Below are positions 60,078 to 64,000 of a DNA stretch of 64,000 nucleotides, piece by piece (position 1 is the first letter of the stretch; the number at the start of each line of letters is the position of its first letter). Both the position numbers and the translations under genes were made by a program. The stretch is from Podarcis muralis (lineage: Eukaryota): positions 111,414,001-111,478,000 of the forward strand of contig NC_135655.1 in assembly GCF_964188315.1 (NCBI RefSeq), read 5' to 3'. The notes beneath the pieces were generated by a model. That model saw only the letters and a list, made by a program, of their open reading frames with translations, searched no databases and was not told where the DNA came from.

Positions 60078-61258
60078 AATTCTCACAGAACTGCCTTTCC
60101 CTCTACAAAGAATGCCCTGTATTGCTTTCACACAAGATTTCTGTGGAATGGGGATAATGTGTTCATGCCTGTTATAATCAATCCAGACAAAGTTGTTACC
60201 AAATAGTTGTTTTCTCCCTTTTTTTCAGCTCTAATGTTTGGTTATGTTTGTCTTATAACACAATCACAGCACTAGGCTTTCCAGTGTGTACTAGGCAAGT
60301 GCTGTTGAGGCTTTTCAGGGCTACTGTCCTTTGAGTTAGTTGCTGCCTCCTCACTCCTGATAATTTGCACTCATAAGCAAAAGAAAACAAAATGAGCAAC
60401 TACTGTGGACACAAAATAAAAAAGGAACAGATAGTAATGCCCCTCTCAAAAAGCAAACAAGCCAGGGAGTCCACGGTCATGTAAGTTAACAAGCACAGAA
60501 GCTGCATTAAAAGAAATAAGGAAGGAGGGAGCTACTTTAAAGAGAAAGTAGCAGAGAGAAGCAGAACGTTTGTTGTAACATAACCTACTTCCAAATAAGC
60601 ATATTGTAGGATTTTATCCATGGAGATCACTCTCCAGTGGGACAGAAACATTCCCTTTGCTTGAGGCCAGGCGAGAAATGGGCCAATATGATCACTACAG
60701 GTCAGATAAGTCCACAGTTAAAACTGCAATTTGAGCTTTATCTCCTATAGCAAAAATATTGGGAGTTTTATTTAAATGGAGATATTTTCTTTTTAAAGGC
60801 AAGCAACCTTTTAGCAACTTTTGCTGTTTAAAAGGTTCTGCTTGCCTGGCTTTCAACTCCAGACTGCAATGTTTTAGCAACTTGCACTGTAACATAACCT
60901 TAGCAGCATTTAAATGAAATTGTTTTCCCTTGTAATCGCCATCATAGCATAAAAAAAATACTCAGGTCATCAAAAGTTCTCTCCAAGGACTTCAGCCAAG
61001 CCCATTTCACCTGAAAATTGCCTCAAAACAGAGCCAAGGCTTTGGAACTTAACTCAGAGAAGCAGTGTGACTCCACACACACACACACACACACACACAC
61101 TATACATAAAAATGTAACACTGTCATCACAATCTTGGGTTTCCATGAAGTCAGGGTGGGATACGGAAGGGAAGAAAAAGGCATGAGAATGAGATGGGAGA
61201 AATGCAATATTCTGTTCCGTGAACCAAAGCTTAATCAATGTGACTTGTTCTCTTACAA

Positions 61259-61573
61259 AGAAGGGACCCCTGACCATTAGGTCCAATCACGGACGACTCT
61301 GGGGTTGCGGTGCTCCTCTCGCTTTACTGCCTTCCAGGTCATGTGGCCAGCATGACTAAGTCGCTTCTGGTGAACCAGAGCAGCGCACGGAAACACCGTT
61401 TACCTTCCCGCCTATTTATCTACTTGCACTTTGACGTGCTTTCGAACTGCTAGGTTGGCAGGAGCAGGGTCTGAGCAATGGGAACTCGCCCTGTCGTGGG
61501 GATTCAAACCACCAACCTTCTGATCGGCAAGTCCTAGGCTCTGTGATTTAACCCACAGTGCCACCCGCATCCC
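61259..61573 (-). mobile_element. Sauria/Squam1 SINE with two short internal deletions
   Basis: Colinear with the 37713 copy; lacks the gagggagccggcgtacag and ggagcggta segments. Confidence 0.9.
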
Positions 61574-61713
61574 TATTTTACAGTTACAAAGAGTCATAAG
61601 CAAGCAAAAAAGAAATGATAAGTTTTCAATTCTCAAGTCCATATATAATATTCCAAATAAATATAATCTAAAAATATCACAAATACAATTTTCATAGCAA
61701 GCAGGGCAAGGTA

Positions 61714-61900
61714 CAATATTTTTCGCTCCATAAGACAGCTTTTTCCCTCCTAAAAAGTAAGGGGAAATGTCTGGGCGTCTTATGGAGCGAATGTGTGGTC
61801 CCTAGAGCCATGCTCTTTTTTTTTAGAAAGGGGGAAGAGGGTGTTGAAACAAATCCGCTGAGCAGCTGAGGAGTTAGGTGGCATATCCCTTTCCCTTTAA
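61714..61900. mobile_element. Truncated relative of the pogo/Tc2-like element at 33723
   Basis: TA+caatatttttcgctccataagac...tttttccctcctaaaaag...ttatggagcgaatg matches the 33723 left end. Confidence 0.7.
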
Positions 61901-61970
61901 CATCCCCAGTTTGAGATCTGCTGGATTCTTGTGTTTCACACACCTGACGAGAGTTTCTTGGGTTCTTCTG

Positions 61971-62339
61971 TGTTGCGAGTGCTGGCAAGATGCCGCCTGC
62001 AGGTAGTGGGAGACTCTCAGCCGCTCTGTATTAATCATGAGTAATGCCAGGTGCGCTTGATTACATCAAGGCAGGCTATAAAAGCCATAGGTGGGAGGGG
62101 CCCAGGTGAGCTTCTGCCCAGATCAAAGAACCTGATGCTGGGAGACTGACGGTTGGGGTCTTTCTGCCTGGGGCTCCAGGCAGCTGAAGGGGAGATTGGG
62201 TAGCCCCTGTCGGGTATGTTTTATGTTCTGCTTTGTATGCCTGCTGTTTATTTGTTAATAAAACTGTTTTGGTTCCCCTTCCACCTCCTCATTCCTTTTG
62301 TCCTGATATCCTTGGAAAGAACCGCTGTATTTGGCAGCA
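61971..62339 (+). mobile_element. Probable solo LTR
   Basis: TGTTGC...GCAGCA ends; TATA box ctataaaag (~62097); AATAAA (~62258); no TSD found. Confidence 0.5.
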
Positions 62340-63384
62340 CAGGAGAACTCCCAAATGTGGTTAGATACATGAAGTTTGACGTCCTTTGATCCATCCTTGG
62401 GTTTTCCTCATTTGGGCTCTCATTTCTATGTGTTTTCACTGCACCTAGGCAACAATATACAGTAGGCACTCAAGCTTTGGGCTAAAACTCAGAGCAAAAG
62501 TAATTTTTAAAATTCATTTTGCAGGGCTGTTAAAAGGCTCGCTCACTTCCAAAACACGAAACATTAGATGAATTGATTTTTGCTGGCAGATCTGACAGCG
62601 TTTCCATCTTAGCTAGAATTGGGGGAACAGAAATAAATCACATCTGGGGCCTACTCTGCAAGAACAGTTTTAAGTGAATATGTGGTAGATCAGAGAATTG
62701 AGTTACAGCACAGTACGTCAGGTACGATTTTGTATTGTTTCTTATTCTTTTGTGCTTTCCTCCCCCGTTCATTGTTATTAAATCTGTTTTTGTTGTATGC
62801 TGTCACAACTGGGTTCTTTCACCCTGAGATTTCTGTCCCTGGCAATAAGAAGAAAAACAGATTAGGACGACATGTCTGGTTGTGATCCACAAGTCACTTA
62901 AGTCAGTGTACTTGCGCTTCAGCTCTTTGGATGTCACAAATGTTCCAGATTAACTGGCATGCACATACAGAACATGATTTAGTGGGCCTTTTCAAATTGC
63001 CTCTGCTAGATGTTGTGTCTCAGGTGTTTCCTCACTCAGTTTTCTTCTCAATGAATCCACTGGGTTAAATCAAAACTTAGGTTTAGAGTAAACCCACTGA
63101 AATCAGTAGGTCTCAGATCAACTTATGTTCTGATTTCAATGCGTCTATTTTAAGCACAACTCCATCTGAATCTAACTCATAGCTCTATGTTCAGGAAAAG
63201 GCTAGAGGTTAGGGAAACCCTAAAGTGTGGTCTATGCCATTGGGCCATCCTTTCCCAACTGGGTTCCCTTCATTCAACATGGCCAATAGGCAGGGATGGT
63301 GGGAGTTCTAACCCAACATGATCTGAAGGACACCAGTTCACTTTGGTCAGCAGCCCTACAGATGGTCAAACAAGCACTGTCATG

Positions 63385-63510
63385 CAAGAACATAAGGAGA
63401 TCCCTGCTGAATCAGACTGTGAGCACACCAAATCCAGCATTCTGGTCTCACAGTGGCTAATTGGTGCCTATGGGAAGCCCAAAAGCAGAATCTGAGAGCA
63501 ATAGGGCTAC
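63385..63510 (-). mobile_element. CR1 3' end
   Basis: aagaacataagg...ctgctgaatcag...tccagcattctggtctcacagtggc. Confidence 0.7.
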
Positions 63511-64000
63511 TGAATTTGACACAATGAATGGGCTCATTTGCTTCACACCTTTACTCCACACAGTAATAATTATTCCGACAGTAGTGAAATTGTGATTTAT
63601 ACTGGCAGAGAAATAAAATTTGAAGTAACTCCACCCAAATCAGTGAAATCACAAATCAACAAAAACAAAGACAATTCACAGCAGCATTTGCAACATCACA
63701 CGCAGCTGTTAAAAAAAAATTCCCAAAGGAAGACAATTTGAGCATAAACACAACAAATGAGATGTAAAATTTTAATATACAACATGTCAATATATTTAAA
63801 AATCTTCGAAGAAGCTTAAAAGTACAGAGTTTAAATAACAGCATCTGGAAAGCTAATCGAGAGCACTTCATGCAGGTAATCATCAATATATGGTCACTGG
63901 AGCAAAACGGTAGAAATAATCTTAGAAAACAATTAGACGATACCGGGAGGGACAATGCAGAGGGGGTTTTCAATTTAAAAAATGAAAGATGCCATTGTGC

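Noticed and set aside
59661-60206. 181-aa plus-strand ORF
   Set aside because: Antisense shadow of the LTR frame; the synonymous pattern supports the minus strand

Overview
Repeat-rich, non-coding-looking vertebrate DNA from a squamate, most likely a lacertid lizard. The assignment rests on Sauria/Squam1 SINEs, MIR-derived Squam3-like SINEs, BovB, CR1, L2 and L1 fragments, and many TA- and 8-bp-TSD MITEs. I recognise no host protein-coding gene, tRNA, rRNA or CRISPR array, so the window is probably intronic or intergenic. It contains one 138-N assembly gap. Most interesting signal: three TSD-flanked solo LTRs (13.1, 52.7 and 59.7 kb) plus a truncated relative (14.8 kb) carry a reading frame that starts at LTR nucleotide 2 and needs no ATG. 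In the three complete LTRs it ends in a shared [ST]P-Arg-rich-RRR-x7-CW-x8-9-TDS motif, and the two intact copies differ at many synonymous sites. This suggests an LTR-encoded protein domain under purifying selection, possibly a Pol/integrase C-terminal extension read into the 3' LTR. Second: a 1.9-kb pogo/Tc2-like non-autonomous transposon, nested in a Sauria SINE, carries five tandem 155-bp units that each contain a ~100-nt hairpin, plus CR1-derived cargo. Family names come from my recall of consensus sequences, not from a database search. Boundaries without a stated TSD are approximate.
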